A DNA stretch of 64,000 nt, from the NCBI GenBank assembly GCA_043228905.1, contig JBHGNT010000003.1, forward strand, positions 18,042,001 through 18,106,000, read 5' to 3'. Of the stretch, positions 49,490 through 63,069 are shown piece after piece (within the stretch, counting starts at the first letter, position 1; every line of letters begins with the position of its first letter). The translations under genes and the position numbers were made by a program. Source of the DNA: Azolla caroliniana (lineage: Eukaryota; Plantae; Polypodiophyta). A model generated the notes under the pieces. It was not told the origin of the DNA. It worked only from the letters and a program-made list of their open reading frames with translations, and made no database searches.

Positions 49490-51379
49490 ATGATCGGCAT
49501 CATATCAAGGGTAGTAGTAGCACAGAAGCATTGTAGTGGCAATGTGAAAAGATGCTTCACCACAGAACCTGTGCTCTCGTTTGATGTATCTAGCCCTAGA
49601 AATGTGGAGAGGGCATCCTCCCTTCACAGTAAAGAACCGACCCGTCATGACAAAAAACAGATTAAAGAAGCCCAAATCATTAGATGTCTTTGTCGAATCA
49701 TGGAAAGCCATGTGTGGGGACCCAACACCGAGCCATTGCTCCAACCATATACTCCCCACCTCTCCAACACAGTCATCTCTCAAGTTATTCTCAAACAAAA
49801 GAGCTTGGATATGGCTAAGAAGTTCTTCCAATGGTCACGACGATGCCGTCCCTTGACCCATAATGCTAATGTTAATGACGATAATGGTGTTGCTGGTGTT
49901 GATGATATTGACGTTGATGTTGATGGTCATGGTTATGATGCTGACGTTGTTGTTGATAATGATGCACATGCATATCATGCCCTCCTTATAAAGCTCGGGG
50001 TGGCGAATGAGTTTGATGAGATGTGGAAACTAATTCATGAAATGAAAGACAATGGCTGTGGTGTATGTAGTACTACTTTTTCTATACTTTTGAAGGCTTA
50101 TAGTACTGCTGGATTGCCACATCATGCCATTAATGCAATGAAAAAAGTGCACGAATTCGGTGTTTGTGTAGATGTCCCCTTGTATACAACCCTTTTGGGT
50201 GTCCTTTTCAAGGCTAAAATTATTGGTCATGCTAAATCTGTATATAAGAGAATGTTGAAAGAAAACTATGATCTTGATGGGTCAGCTTGGTCGACCCTTA
50301 TTCGAGGTTTTGGCAAATGTGGATGCATAGAGGAATCTGAAATATGTTGGCAATTAATGGTTAATAGAGGTTTCGAGCCTCAGATTGGTCAATATAATGC
50401 CTTCATTGAAGGGCTTTGCGAATGTAGGAATTTGAATAAGGCTTTGGATACTTTAGGCTTGATTAAGGAGAAAGGTTTGGAGGCAAATGCTTATTCATTT
50501 AATCCAATATTGGGTGGTTTATGCAAGGTGGGTAGATACGCCGAAGCTTTAAACATGTTTTCAGAGATGGAGGGTGTGTGTTCTCCAAATCAAGCCACTT
50601 GTAATACCCTCTTGGAAGGGTTGTTTTTGAGTTCAGATGTCTCAAGTGCTCTTGCTTTCTATGAATCTCTAGAGAAGAAAGGTCTAATAGATAGTAGGAG
50701 TTATTGCATCCTGGCAACTGGCCTTAAAAAGGCAAGGCAAATGGACAAATTGATTGTGTTATCTCAAGAATTACATGGTAAAAACGGAAGTGTTAATGTT
50801 TGGCTTTGCAATGCAATTCTTTATTTCCATTGTCATGACCAATCCAATATAGAAAAAGCTATTTCTTACTTTGAGCAGATGTTGAATGGTCTAACACACC
50901 CAGATGTTGCATCTTTTGCCACAATGATAAATGGGTATTGTAAGGTCAGCAAGCTTGAAGAAGCTATGAAGCTCCTCTCTGAAATGGAAGGTAGAGGATG
51001 CAAACCAAATGCTTTTTGTTATAGTCCTCTTATAGCAGCTCTTCTCAAGGCACCACATAACAGAGTATCTGATGGGCTAAGGCTCTTTAAGGAAATGTTG
51101 CAACGAGGTTTGGAGACAAATGCGGTTACATCCGATTTCCTTTTAAGGAAATTGAGCGAGGCTGGATTTGTGGATGAATCGTTGTGGCTTTGTGATTTTG
51201 TGATGGGGAAGAAATATTGTATCCATCGTGTGACATCCTTGGCATTGATGGATTGCCTAAAGAGAGCTGGAAGAATGGATAAGGCCAAAGCATTGTGGCC
51301 AGAGCTAGAGCAGAAAGGATGCCTTGTAGATGGCACGATTGTCGACAAGGCTTTGCAAGTGTTAAGAGGGACAGTATAG
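49490..51379 (+). CDS. P-class pentatricopeptide repeat protein
   Basis: Intronless 629-aa ORF with tandem 35-aa motifs (e.g. SFNPILGGLCKVGRYAEALNMFSEM, SFATMINGYCKVSKLEEAMKLLSEM). Confidence 0.93.
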   Translation: MIGIISRVVVAQKHCSGNVKRCFTTEPVLSFDVSSPRNVERASSLHSKEPTRHDKKQIKEAQIIRCLCRIMESHVWGPNTEPLLQPYTPHLSNTVISQVILKQKSLDMAKKFFQWSRRCRPLTHNANVNDDNGVAGVDDIDVDVDGHGYDADVVVDNDAHAYHALLIKLGVANEFDEMWKLIHEMKDNGCGVCSTTFSILLKAYSTAGLPHHAINAMKKVHEFGVCVDVPLYTTLLGVLFKAKIIGHAKSVYKRMLKENYDLDGSAWSTLIRGFGKCGCIEESEICWQLMVNRGFEPQIGQYNAFIEGLCECRNLNKALDTLGLIKEKGLEANAYSFNPILGGLCKVGRYAEALNMFSEMEGVCSPNQATCNTLLEGLFLSSDVSSALAFYESLEKKGLIDSRSYCILATGLKKARQMDKLIVLSQELHGKNGSVNVWLCNAILYFHCHDQSNIEKAISYFEQMLNGLTHPDVASFATMINGYCKVSKLEEAMKLLSEMEGRGCKPNAFCYSPLIAALLKAPHNRVSDGLRLFKEMLQRGLETNAVTSDFLLRKLSEAGFVDESLWLCDFVMGKKYCIHRVTSLALMDCLKRAGRMDKAKALWPELEQKGCLVDGTIVDKALQVLRGTV

Positions 51380-52819
51380 CCACTCTATATTGATTGCCAG
51401 ATAAATTACGTTGATGTAATCATCTGAAGTTTGCATATTCTTGTGGTAAAGGTACCAATAAGAACAATTATTAAGGAATTGCCCATATTTCACCAAATTT
51501 CAACCAAACAAGTGAAATGAGCCTATAGCCATGAAGCTCATAGTGTGTGAGAGCAAACGTGTCTTATGAAGTGTGTTCTCTCTAGAGGAATTAGGAGATC
51601 GATGACTTTTTTAGCTCATCAAAATATAAGGAGGGCCCGTTTCCTTATGTCATTGTATGATATTTACGTACACTAAAAGTGCTGCACAAATGTTTGACGT
51701 TTTTCCATGCATACATGATCAACATTTCAGTTCAATTCACCTAAGGTTGCCCATTGGAAGCATTATGCAAGTCTTAACATAGCAGGAACATAGATGATTT
51801 ATGTATAGAACACAATTCTTTTTATGAATGACATCAATTTTGTAGTTAATGATTTGCGGCATAGCTAATGAAGTTTGCCTGATGAAGTCATTGGAAGTTG
51901 AGTATGTTCCACCATTCATCTGTTAGATTACAAGGAATTTGAGATGATTTATAGAATCTTTGTAGTTGACAAAAAGGAAGATTGTAACATATGAGTATTG
52001 GTGCAGTGTTAAGGTACATTAGAGAAAGTATGTTGTTTTGAAGTCAATACATGTGTGTGTGGGTATAAGTGTGTGTGAATGATGAAGAAGCAACTATAGA
52101 TGTGTTATTTGGAGATGGAAAAATGTTCAAAACTTTGGATCAATGTGATATCAAACACTGCAAATTATTGATAATCTCAAGAGGATGGTACATATCTAGT
52201 TAGTGAAGATGCTTACTGGAACAGAAACTTCAAGAAACTTCATACATTTTCTGACAATGCTTACTGTACATAAAATCATTGTTAACTTGTTTACGACTTT
52301 TTTCATCTTCCACTCTTTAACTCATATGTGCATTAATAACTTGTCAACACATTGTGTGATGTCTTTTAAGGAAATCCATTCGTAGGTGCAAGAGATTCGA
52401 GTAATTGTATCTCAAATTGCCTTTATTGTGCTTGGATTTGAAACTTTCAAATATACATAATGAGGAAGAGGACAAGTTTATGAACAACTTCAAGATTGTG
52501 CAAGGCATAGGACATGTATAATCTTTGCAAGATTTATAACATATAGGAGCTTAATGTCAAAATCCCTTGAATCATTATAAGGGAAAAAACATGAACCATA
52601 GCGACAGCAATTATTACTTATTAGAGGAACGCAAGGTACTAACGTTGCACAATATTACTTTCATGGATTACTTCAACCCAATTGAACAATTATATATTAC
52701 AATTTCAATTCAATCGAACAATTATATATTACATATTATATCCCCATCAATCTTGGTTTCAAGATTGGGACAACAATGAGGAAGGAAACGAAAAAAAGCT
52801 GTCCACGTGACTCGTTTTT

Positions 52820-54871
52820 TTAGAGTTGATGCATTAATGAGTTTGTAAGCATAAGGGTCTGATCTGTCACACCACATGTAGCATATATGTTAGATAATGT
52901 TATATAGGTTACTTCATCACTTGTATCCAACTCAACACTAGACTTTGCTGCATATGTCCCACGCATGAGATCTGTAGAGTTTCTGCATGCGGTGAGCAAT
53001 GTTGTCCATGAGAGTGCACTAGGTTGGATGGGCATCATACATAGTAAAGCCTCGGCCTCATCTACTTGTCCAGCTCTTCCAAACATATCAATAACAGTGT
53101 CAAAATGGTCAAGCATAAGGGGAATTTGGCAATCTCTAACTATAGAGCTCCAGAACACGATGCAGTCTGCCACAAGCCCAATATGGCTGCATATGCATAA
53201 AACATTGGATAAAGTGGTTCCATTTGGAGCCACATCTTGTGATTGCATTGTAAAGAGAAGCTCAAGAACCTCTTTACCATTACCATGTTGAGCATGGACG
53301 GCTACCATTGAATTCCACGTGACCATGCTCTTATCCAGCATCTTGTCAAAGACCACTTGTGCTTCATCCAAACATCCACATTTACCATACATATTTAGAA
53401 GAGCGTTTCCAACAATGATGTCTAACTCGAACCCATTTTGTAAAACATGGTTATGTACGCCTATTCCTCTTGCCAAAGATACCTCAAGTGAACAACCGCA
53501 TAAGGCTGCCAATACTGTTAACTCATCAGGCATAACATCTTCACTTTGCATTCGATCAAATAGAAGAACCGCATCGTTGCCATAACCATGGCGCACAAAG
53601 CCTGACATCATCACATTCCAAGAAATAATATTGCGCTCAGGTAAAAGGTCAAACACTCTTTTCCCATCTTGCAAGCTATTACAGTTGTTGTACATGTTCA
53701 CAATAGCAGTGCCCACAATCACATCCACATCATATGCACACTTTGACATCAAAGCATGTATTGTCTGACCTTCGCCTAACAACCCCTCATTAGCACAAGC
53801 ATCGAGAACACTGACAAATGTGACCTTATTCCCAACCAATCCCTGTTTCTTCATTTGGTAGTAAAGCTCCAATGCCTCTTTTCCAAGCTCAAGTTGGGTA
53901 TACACAGCAATCATCGCATTCCAAGACACTACATTTCGCACAACCATGTGATCGAAAATACTTCGACTATAATCCAAGCATCGACACTTTCCATACATGT
54001 TTGCAAGAGCAGTGGCAACAACAACATTTCCTTCTAATACTCCATCCTGATGCAAAGAAGCATGGATCCATTTCCCATATATAAGAGCGTCGGGGGTACC
54101 AAATGCACATAACACATTCACAAAGGTAACCTTGTCAGGAAGCAAGCCCTCGATATGGAGCTGTTTGAATGTGTTAAATGCATCCTTATCTTTACCTTGT
54201 TGTGCATATGCTGAGATAAGAGCATTCCACGATACCAAATCTCGTTCGTGCATGTGTTCGAATGTGGTCTGAGCAAGGTTTAATTCATTATGTTTTCCAT
54301 ACATATTCACAAGGCCAGTTGAAACAAAGAAATTAGTATCAAGACCCATGGAAATAACCCAAACATGTAAAAACTTTCCTTGTAATAATGTGTGCTTTCC
54401 CACTATATTTGCATAAGCTGACAATGCATATACAAAGGTGACCTTATCTGGCATAACATTCTCTATTTGCATTTGTTGGAAGAGAGAAATGGTCATTTCC
54501 ATGTGTTCTATACCTTCATAAGCCCCTATCACGAAATTATATGCAAACACATTTCTGTGTGAGCCCATCTGATCGAAGCACGAATGGGCACTCTCCAAAT
54601 CCATACATCTTGCATACATTTGGATAAGCAAGTTTCCCAGATAAGGGTCTTCTTCATACCCATGTTTGAGTATAGATTGATGCAAAGCTTTTCCATTACA
54701 AAGGTCTTTCTCGATTCCAGATTCTCGAATGCGAGCTGCGTAATCAGCAACAAATGAAGGTGGAGCCGAAGAAGAATGGGTTCTTTCAATGTTTCTTCCT
54801 CTCTTCGAGATTGAAGTTAAAAGTACATTCGGAGAAGTCGTGTGCTTGGCACAAGAAACAGGGGACCACAT
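52820..54871 (-). CDS. PLS-class PPR protein with E domain, no DYW (organellar RNA editing factor-like)
   Basis: Intronless 683-aa ORF with repeated PLS triplets (ALxNMYGKC, VSWNAMI, PDKVTFV) and an E motif (SWTTLLTACR...YITLSNIYA), ending soon after. Confidence 0.93.
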   Translation of the reverse strand: MWSPVSCAKHTTSPNVLLTSISKRGRNIERTHSSSAPPSFVADYAARIRESGIEKDLCNGKALHQSILKHGYEEDPYLGNLLIQMYARCMDLESAHSCFDQMGSHRNVFAYNFVIGAYEGIEHMEMTISLFQQMQIENVMPDKVTFVYALSAYANIVGKHTLLQGKFLHVWVISMGLDTNFFVSTGLVNMYGKHNELNLAQTTFEHMHERDLVSWNALISAYAQQGKDKDAFNTFKQLHIEGLLPDKVTFVNVLCAFGTPDALIYGKWIHASLHQDGVLEGNVVVATALANMYGKCRCLDYSRSIFDHMVVRNVVSWNAMIAVYTQLELGKEALELYYQMKKQGLVGNKVTFVSVLDACANEGLLGEGQTIHALMSKCAYDVDVIVGTAIVNMYNNCNSLQDGKRVFDLLPERNIISWNVMMSGFVRHGYGNDAVLLFDRMQSEDVMPDELTVLAALCGCSLEVSLARGIGVHNHVLQNGFELDIIVGNALLNMYGKCGCLDEAQVVFDKMLDKSMVTWNSMVAVHAQHGNGKEVLELLFTMQSQDVAPNGTTLSNVLCICSHIGLVADCIVFWSSIVRDCQIPLMLDHFDTVIDMFGRAGQVDEAEALLCMMPIQPSALSWTTLLTACRNSTDLMRGTYAAKSSVELDTSDEVTYITLSNIYATCGVTDQTLMLTNSLMHQL

Positions 54872-55044
54872 AAGAGACGGTTTTTCTCGAAGCTATGCAG
54901 AAAAACAGAGAGACCCAAATCTTTGTACTCAGCCATACTTACACATATGAATTTCTAGTGATTATGAATTGAAGGTCTCGCAGAATTTCAGAGTACATTA
55001 CATAAATTTCTGATGTAATGATGTGAGGCCTTAAACCCACACCC

Positions 55045-55212
55045 ACACACATATATATGTATAATGTACATATATGTAGTATATGTACATATATATGTAT
55101 GTATGTATATGCATTTATATGTATAATGTATGTATGTATGTATGTATGTATGTATGTATGTATGTATGTATATGCATTTATATGTATAATGTACATATAT
55201 ATACACACACAC
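55045..55212. repeat. (TATG)n / TA-rich microsatellite
   Basis: Long TATG run and variants. Confidence 0.85.
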
Positions 55213-58200
55213 AATCATAACGAGTGTATTATCATATCAAAACAACATTTGGGGTTTGTTTATATTATAAATCTTGCCCCTTCTTCATATCCTTCTTTAC
55301 TCTGTGCTACTAGCTTATGATGATACACCTTTCTCACTTCTTGAGGACCAACAAAACTTATCCACTTCATTCATCTTCCACCACTTTTCAATGATTTATA
55401 GAGTAAGTAAGCTTTATAACAACAACAACATATGCCTTTTAACCACTTATACCACCATAAGGTGCAACGACTTCAGCAGGACTCAATGTCAAGGCATAAC
55501 TTTGCCATTGTGCTCCCATCAAGTGCTTATATGGCCATTGCCCCATCATCAGAGCTCACGTTGTATTTGCCCATCGCATGATATCAAACCTTACACTCTT
55601 GTTGAATATCCATCATTATATGTGTGGTGGGACTATCTATCTTTAGACATAGCTTATTTCATTTGATTATTATGTCATATAAGCTACAGATGCTTTTCCA
55701 ATAACAACTAATAGGATTTGTGCGGGTATAGTAAATAAGGGTGACATACTAAAAGCCTTTAAAGGAAAGGCTATATGGGGATTGACACTATGGTTTATTT
55801 ACTCTAATACAAGTTTTACCATCATGGCTACAACAATTAAAAAGGACATAAAAAGATGCAATCTAATGTTAAAATTGATCCCCAACTTTGTCATGAACTA
55901 AAGGTGAATATGAAAATGGCATTTACCATATGTAATCTCCTCATTTATTACTCATGAAGACCTAGTACTTTTGCAAGTCTTTTTATGTTGCAACATTGCA
56001 AGTGGACTACGAAACATTGTTTAACCATACAAGGAATGCATTAATCATATGGGGATTATTGAATAGTTCAAGGTTGAACAAAGGCACACAATTTATTACA
56101 AGGCGTCAAAAGAGTTCAAACCAAGACCATTAAACATACTAGGAATGCTCTTAATCATACGAAGATTGTTGAAAAGTTCAAGATTTAATCGAGGAACATT
56201 GTTTGTTCCAATGATAGGGAGCTCCCAATATTTGTGATTATGTCCTAGTAGTACACATTATGACCACCCTTTATGTATATGTGAAAGTAGAAAACAACCT
56301 AAAAATGATTGGTCAATGACTTATCACTACTACAATAGAAAACATCTTGCAAAGTGTTTAGAAGATGATTTTTTTGTCTTGCGTATTGACATCTAATTTC
56401 TAACGCATTTGATTGGCTGAGGATTCTGTGTGGATGCAAGAAAGTAGATTGTCTACAATGAGCATGTGATATTGTGCGTGAGCAGAAAAACTTATATTTA
56501 ACCCAAACCCTCATAAAAGTGGGCTTGCATGATGTACAATAGCCATTCGGTTAAGTGGACACTTTGAACGCAAGGAAAAATTGCTTAGTTAGGGCTTTTT
56601 TAGACAAAATTATTGTAAAAGTTACGTGTGGAAGTGTAGACACAACCGGCTCAGTCGGATAGCAACAAAAAAATAGAAGTGAAGGTTTAATGGAAACTTG
56701 AGAATACACAATATGTTGATCGTTTTCTGAAAGTCGACCGACTCTGACTCGTATGCTTCAATCGATCTCTGTAGGTCAGCTGACTCCGACTCATATGTAC
56801 ATGTCGGCCACTCCGAGATGACCAACTCGGATTCAGTTGTATCGATTGGGAATCTCTTATTAGCCGACTGTGTTGAGTCGATTAGTCTTGAGTCCATAGT
56901 GGAGGCAGTCGACTGGGAAGACAATCCCAACTTCTTCTGTTTCTAGTCTTCAATCATCTTGTCTTCCATGAACACAATATCCCAACTCCTCGCCACTTTC
57001 TTGTCGAGTAAATCCCACAGTCTGTAGTCGAATTCATCCTATGAGTACCCCAAAAATATGCATGGTTTCAACTTGTTATTGAGTTTTGACCTCTGATCCT
57101 TAGCAACATGCATATATGACAGGCATTCGAACACCTTGAAGTGTTGATAAGACACATCCTTACCTATCCATACCCATTGTGGGACATCACCTTTCAAGGG
57201 CAGTGAGGGAGACCTGTTAATCAGATAGACAACTGTCAACCATTGGCTTTAGCCCAATACAACTTTGGAAGCTTTGCATGTGACATCATGCTCCTCACTG
57301 TTTCCATTATTGTTCAATTCATCCTCTCTGCAAGACCATTCAGTTCATGGGTCTTAGGCACCGTATATTCGAGTCGTATGCCTTGTGTATTGCAATACTC
57401 CTCGAACTGTCCTTTGTATTCGCCACTATTGTCAGTTTGAACAACCTTCAACTTTCTTCCAGACTCTCTTTAAGCTCTGGCCTGGAATTCCTTAAAGACC
57501 GACAACACTTCATCTTTCGACTTTAGCACGAAAGCCCACAACTTTCTGCTATGGTCGTCAATGAATGTTACAATATTGTCCACCGTAGTGTGACGGAGCA
57601 TCCACGTAACATACATCCGTGTGGACTAGTTCTAGTGCACATTCTCTTCTTTTTGGTGGTCTTGAGTGAAATGCAACTCTGTTTCGCTTTCCGACCAGGT
57701 AGTCGACACATTTCTCCAAGTGCACCCCTTTTACTTCCGGAAGAAGTTTATTGTCGTCCAGAATATGCATGCGTCTCTCGCTCATGTGACCAAGCCTCTT
57801 ATGCCATAGCTCTCCATTTGAGTCAGTTGCCACATTTGTTTCATCCTTGCACAACTTGGCATGCATCACATATCGTGTCCCCTGTTTCTATGCTTGGGCC
57901 ACTATGAGACTTCCTTTACAGAACTTCCACATGCCATTTTGAAAACTACCACTGTAGCCTTCATCGCCCAATCTTCCAGTCGATATCAAATTCAGCTTGA
58001 TATCTAGCACATGTTGAACATCCCTTAGAGTCAGCCTACAACCAGTCGAAGTTGGTAGACATACACTTCCGATGTCGGCTATGTTGCATGCTCCATTATC
58101 TTCCATTTTTACATAGCCATAGTCACCGGTTGTGTAAGATGAGAAACATTCTCTCGAGGGAGTTAAATGGAACAATGCACCAGAGTCAATCACCCAAATG

Positions 58201-59729
58201 CATTCTTCATTTGCAAGGTTTACATTCGCTTGCTCGCAAATGAACAAGAGTTTCTTCACTGGTAGCTATGGTTGGAGTGCCCTGCTCCTCAAAAATCTTT
58301 CTGGGTTCGACATCGTTCAAATCATCTTTGTCTTTCTTAAGGTGTTGACAATCCTTTTGGATATGTCTAGGTTTTCCACGATAAAAACAAGTGAGTTTTC
58401 CTCTGGACTTGGACTTGACATGAGACTTGTCTCTCTTTTGTTGGCTTTTGTGTTTACTTCTTCCTCTTCCGGATGTTGTGCCACATTTGCCCCCGATTGG
58501 GACATGACACCCTTGTCATTCCTTCTTGTTTTCTCGTTTAGGATACTTGTCTTTACCACTTGTAAAGACAGATTTTGTTCTTGGCACGAGGCACTGAGAG
58601 ACACCACCAGGTTCTCGCAGTTATCCGGCAGGGTACACAACAACAGTAGAGCCTGTAGAGTGTCGTCTAGGGGAAACTTTGTTGTTGCAAGTTGATTCAC
58701 TAACCCCATGAATGTGTTAATGTGTATCAATATGCTTTCTCCATCTCTGTACTTCAGTCTCATGATCTTTCTCATTAGAGATGCTTTGTTGAGAGTATTT
58801 TTTCTCTCGTACAAACCTAATAGTTTGTGATGCATTTCATCAACGCTTGTTTCGTTACCCACATGTTGTAGGACACTCACGTCTACACATTGTCTAATGG
58901 TGGCCACTACCTTCCTATCACGACACAGTGGCATAAAATACATAGTTGGTGAGGATTGAACCTACAACCTCACTTCAACAAGACATCATGTTTAACCATT
59001 TGGATATGAGCTATGAGTTTAGTACCATATATTCTAGAATACAGTATATATTCTAGAATATTCTAGTCTTTAGTATATTTTAGAAATGTTTACCTTGGGC
59101 TCCAAGTTTGTAGCCCGTCGTCCGTAGCCTCATCATCCATGCTCCGTCCCAGTCCACGCTTGGTGTGTCTGTGACAGTTTGAATCCCTTCCAACTGGGAG
59201 CACCACCCGTCTTCATCATCGCCTTTGCTTCTAGAGTTACCATCATCACCGTCCTTGCTTCCGTAGTTATTGTCATCAACATCCTTTTCTTCGACGTCAT
59301 CATTTTCAACACCTCTTCGCCTAACCATCATCTTCATCAACACTACTTGTCATCATTTTTAGGTATCATTTTGCATCACGGTTTTGGTGAGGAGTGCTTT
59401 CGATCGCTCACCTTCCCAGTTTCGGTGGGGGTCACAACCACTCACTTTCTTGGTGGGGATCGGATCATTGCTTGCTTGCACTGCATTTTCGTTATAGTTC
59501 AAGTCTCGCGCCACTTTCTATTAGGAGGACAGATTTCAATCGCTCACCTTCTACTTTTGGTGGGAGTCATAACCGCTCACTTTCCTGGTTGGGATCGCGT
59601 GGGTTTCTCGCTAGCGCTACCGTTTCTGTCGTGTCTTGGGTCAACCTCGACTATTTACCCTCTCATAATAGAAGAAGTCGAGTCAACCGCTTCACTTGCA
59701 CTCCTTCGCTAGTTGTTGCTCTAGTTCTC

Positions 59730-61460
59730 GGTGAGGGCCGCATGGTCGCTCACACCCATTCGTGTTTTCGATGAGGACCACACATGGTCGCTCATGTTCT
59801 AGTTCCCGATGAGGGCCATACATGGTCTCTCACGTCCGTTCGTGTTCCAGTTATCAGTGAGGGCCGCATGGTCGCTCACGCCCGTTCATGTTTTCGATGA
59901 GGATCGCACATGGTCGCTCACTCCAGCTATTGTTTGTGTTCCAGATCCCGGTGTCGTAGTGTATTTCGTACACTACGTGAAAAAGTAAAAATAATATAAC
60001 CGATTTAATTACATATAAATAAATAAAATAAGAATATCAAAATATTTATCACGTGCATAGGGCAAGATTCAAACCCTATACCCCCACATAGCCAAACCTC
60101 AACTTTACCACTATTCTACCTTATCTTTAGTGTTTTACAAATAGATTTAATAACTATAAGTGCTTTATTTGCGCCTACCTTTATTAAAAGGTAAATCATG
60201 TATTTTTAGAGTGCGTGAATATTTTATAGAAAAACGCAAGCAACTAAAAAGTGACTCATGCACATCTAGCGTGCATGAGCACTATATTTAGCAAATAAAA
60301 GCAAGGATTAAAAAAGCATCACATGCACATTTAATGTGCATGAACATATTAGAAAAAGCATGTAGCTATGCTTAGTCTCTCCCATCACTATATAAGGATG
60401 GGGAGCACATTGTAGTTTTTGTTGATTATTTTTCTATAATGATCAATCAATCTAAAATATTCGTGGGATTCACGAATTTGCTAAAATAATTCTCTCTTAC
60501 TACCTAAATATTGACTAAATATACTAAACTCGTGGGATTCACAAGATTCTTATCTTATAACTCTTTAAACCTATTCTTTACTAGCCTTATTTGTATTTTT
60601 CTTCCTCCTAGACCAAAACCTCGGCGGTTCCCACCCGACTCACGCAACGATCCGGAGCCGAAAGGCACGACACCGGCAAGGACCGACATGGTCACTCATG
60701 CCCACTGTTGTTCATGTTCTAGTTCCTGGTGAGGACCACACATGGTCGCTCACGCCCGTTGGTGTTCGTATTCCAACTCTCGATGAGGACTGCACATGGT
60801 CGCTCACTTCAACAATTGTTCATGTTCCAGATCCTGGCGAGGACCGACATGGTCGCTCATGCCTGTTGTTGTTCATGTTCCAGTTCCCGGTGAGGAGTCA
60901 AGACCAGACATGGTTGCTCATTCCCATTGGTGTTCGTGTTCCAACTCTCGGCAAGGACCGACATGGTCTCTCATGCCCGTTGGTGTTCGTGTTCCTTGTA
61001 AGGACCACACATGGTCACTCACGCCCGTTGGTAGTCGTGTTCCAGTTCCCGACGAGGACCGCACATCGTCGCTCATGCCCGTTGGTGTTTGTGCTCCCCG
61101 TGAGGACCGCACATGGTTCCTCATGCCTGTTGGTATTCGTGTTCCCTGTGAGGACTACACATGGTCACTCACACCCGTTGGTATTCGTGTTCCAACTCTC
61201 GGTGAGGACCGACATGGTCTCTCATGCCCGTTGGTATTCGTGTTCCAGTCTCCGATGAGGACCACACATGGTCGTTCACTCCAGCTATTGTTCGTGTTCT
61301 AGATCCCGGCGAGGACCGACATGGTCGCTCATGCCTGTTGTTGTTCATGTTCCAGTTCCCGGTGAGGACCACACATGGTCACTCACGCCTGTTGGTGTTT
61401 GTGTTCCAACTCTCGGCGAGGACCGCAAATGATCATTCATGCCCGTTGGTGTTCAATACC
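59730..61460. repeat. Degenerate ~45-55-bp tandem repeat array inside a probable non-coding LTR element (~58925-62057)
   Basis: Unit like GAGGACCGCACATGGTCGCTCACGCCCGTTGGTGTTCGTGTTCCAGTTCCCGGT in many copies. PPT AAGAGGGGGGA precedes TGTTACA at 61590. Segments 59098-59174 and 61980-62057 resemble each other as LTR ends. Confidence 0.7.
59952..60672 (+). mobile_element. Solo LTR related to the element at 5398-8915
   Basis: Same TGTCGTAGTGTATT start and an identical last ~48 bp (CGGTTCCCACCCGACTCACGCAACGATCCGGAGCCGAAAGGCACGACA). 4-bp TSD CCGG. Confidence 0.9.
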
Positions 61461-63069
61461 TCGTCTTCTAGAAGGGTTACTCCTTGTCTGGGATTTACTA
61501 AATACTTTGGAGGTGGTCCAAGATTTTCATCAACAATATCCCCTTAAGGGGACGATCGGTTTGGGAAGGCAGTGTAAGAGGGGGGATAATGTTACATTCT
61601 AAACTCGAACCTCTTGACTTTTAACACACAGTACATTGTGTTGTGTTAACAATATGGAAACTCTTGTGAACTGTCCACATTCGATTGTGAACTTGTATAT
61701 ATTGTAGAGTCTAGTGTATAGTACATTCGAGAATATTCTAGAATTATTTTGTGGTATATTATTCTTGAGATATTTCTCGAGTATATTCTAGAGATATTCC
61801 ATCTCGAAACTTGTATAAATACTTGTAACATCCTTGGTCCCTTTCAAGGGATTCAACACGAGTCATTGACACATCAATCTAGTATTCTCATTTCATTCCA
61901 TCTTGTCTCCTTCTTCGTCTTTGTCTTCATGCTCTCATGTAGATCACAACTTCTAGAGTTCCTAACATTGTCACTTCTAGCTCCAAGTTTGTAGCCCGTC
62001 ACTCGTAGCCCCATCATCCGTGCTCCATCACAGTCCACGTTTAGTGTGTTCGCGACATTTCCACTCTGACCCCAATACCCATGTGTGTATTTCACTCATG
62101 TCTGTGGGCTCGTACAGGTCTCTGACTATCAGAAGATCTTCCATCTTGATCTTCCAATTTGCGAAGTTGTCTAAGTTCAGGACTATCATTCCTAGAAAAC
62201 TACTCAAACCTCCTTCCATCTTCCACCTCAAAGCTCTGATACCAGTCTGTTGAGTTTAGGACCGTAGGTTTACGGGAAAGATGGACTGAAAAATACAAAA
62301 CAGAAAACAAAATACACAATACACAATACACACTCACGTTTACGTGGAAACCCTACAACAGGGAAAACCACGGGGCAACAGATTTTCACTATACAAGAGG
62401 GAAAACAGATTACAAAACACTGCAGAACAAAGGGTTCCCGCGCTTAGGGTTTTGATGGCAAGTATCACTACTATGTCTTCCTTCCACTCTCACTCTTGTC
62501 TCCTTCCTACTCTCTCTTTATATCCACTATCTGTCTGCTCTACTCTAGTTATTCGGCTCGCTGGTTGACACAACTGTCCGACCCACAGGTCGACAGTCTA
62601 GTCGACTCCTGTGTTGCCTATCCAGTCGGTCCAACTAGCAAACTCTGTCTTCGACCATTAGGTCAGCCTGACTAGTTGGCCTATTCTTTCACTTGGATCA
62701 TTCGTCCAGTACAGTCGACTACTTTGTCTGCTCTACTCTAGTTATTCGGCTGGCTGGTTGACACAACTATTCGACCCACAAGTCGATAGTCTAGTCGACT
62801 TCTATGTTGCCTATCCAGTCGGTCCAACTAGCAAACTCTGTCTTCGACCATCAGGTAAGCCCGACTAGTTGGCCTATTCTTTCACTTGGATCATTCGTCC
62901 AATACAGTCGACTACCACGTCGACTCGTCAGACGATTCAGCTAACTAATTAGATTTCGACTATCGATTCTCCCAATCGATAGCCGACTTCTTCTGTAAGG
63001 AGGGACACACTCCTAACACTTTGTTGGTTATAGAAGGGTATGGAAATGAGATTCAGATCGTGCAACTAT

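Larger units (their letters stand above)
56620..63018 (-). mobile_element. Degenerate Copia (5' LTR 62248-63018, PBS, gag-protease-integrase), interrupted at ~58925-62057
   Basis: PBS TGGTATCAGAGC at 62233-62244 (minus). The gag start (NFANWKIKMEDLL) at ~62070-62217 continues at <58920 (DRKVVATIRQ). Protease WVIDSGA and integrase LVHTDV. The LTR has an internal ~195-bp duplication and resembles the LTR at 4513-5337. Confidence 0.82.

Noticed and set aside
60698-61547. Several overlapping repeat-protein ORFs
   Set aside because: They are by-products of the stop-poor tandem array, open in multiple frames with no recognisable domain.
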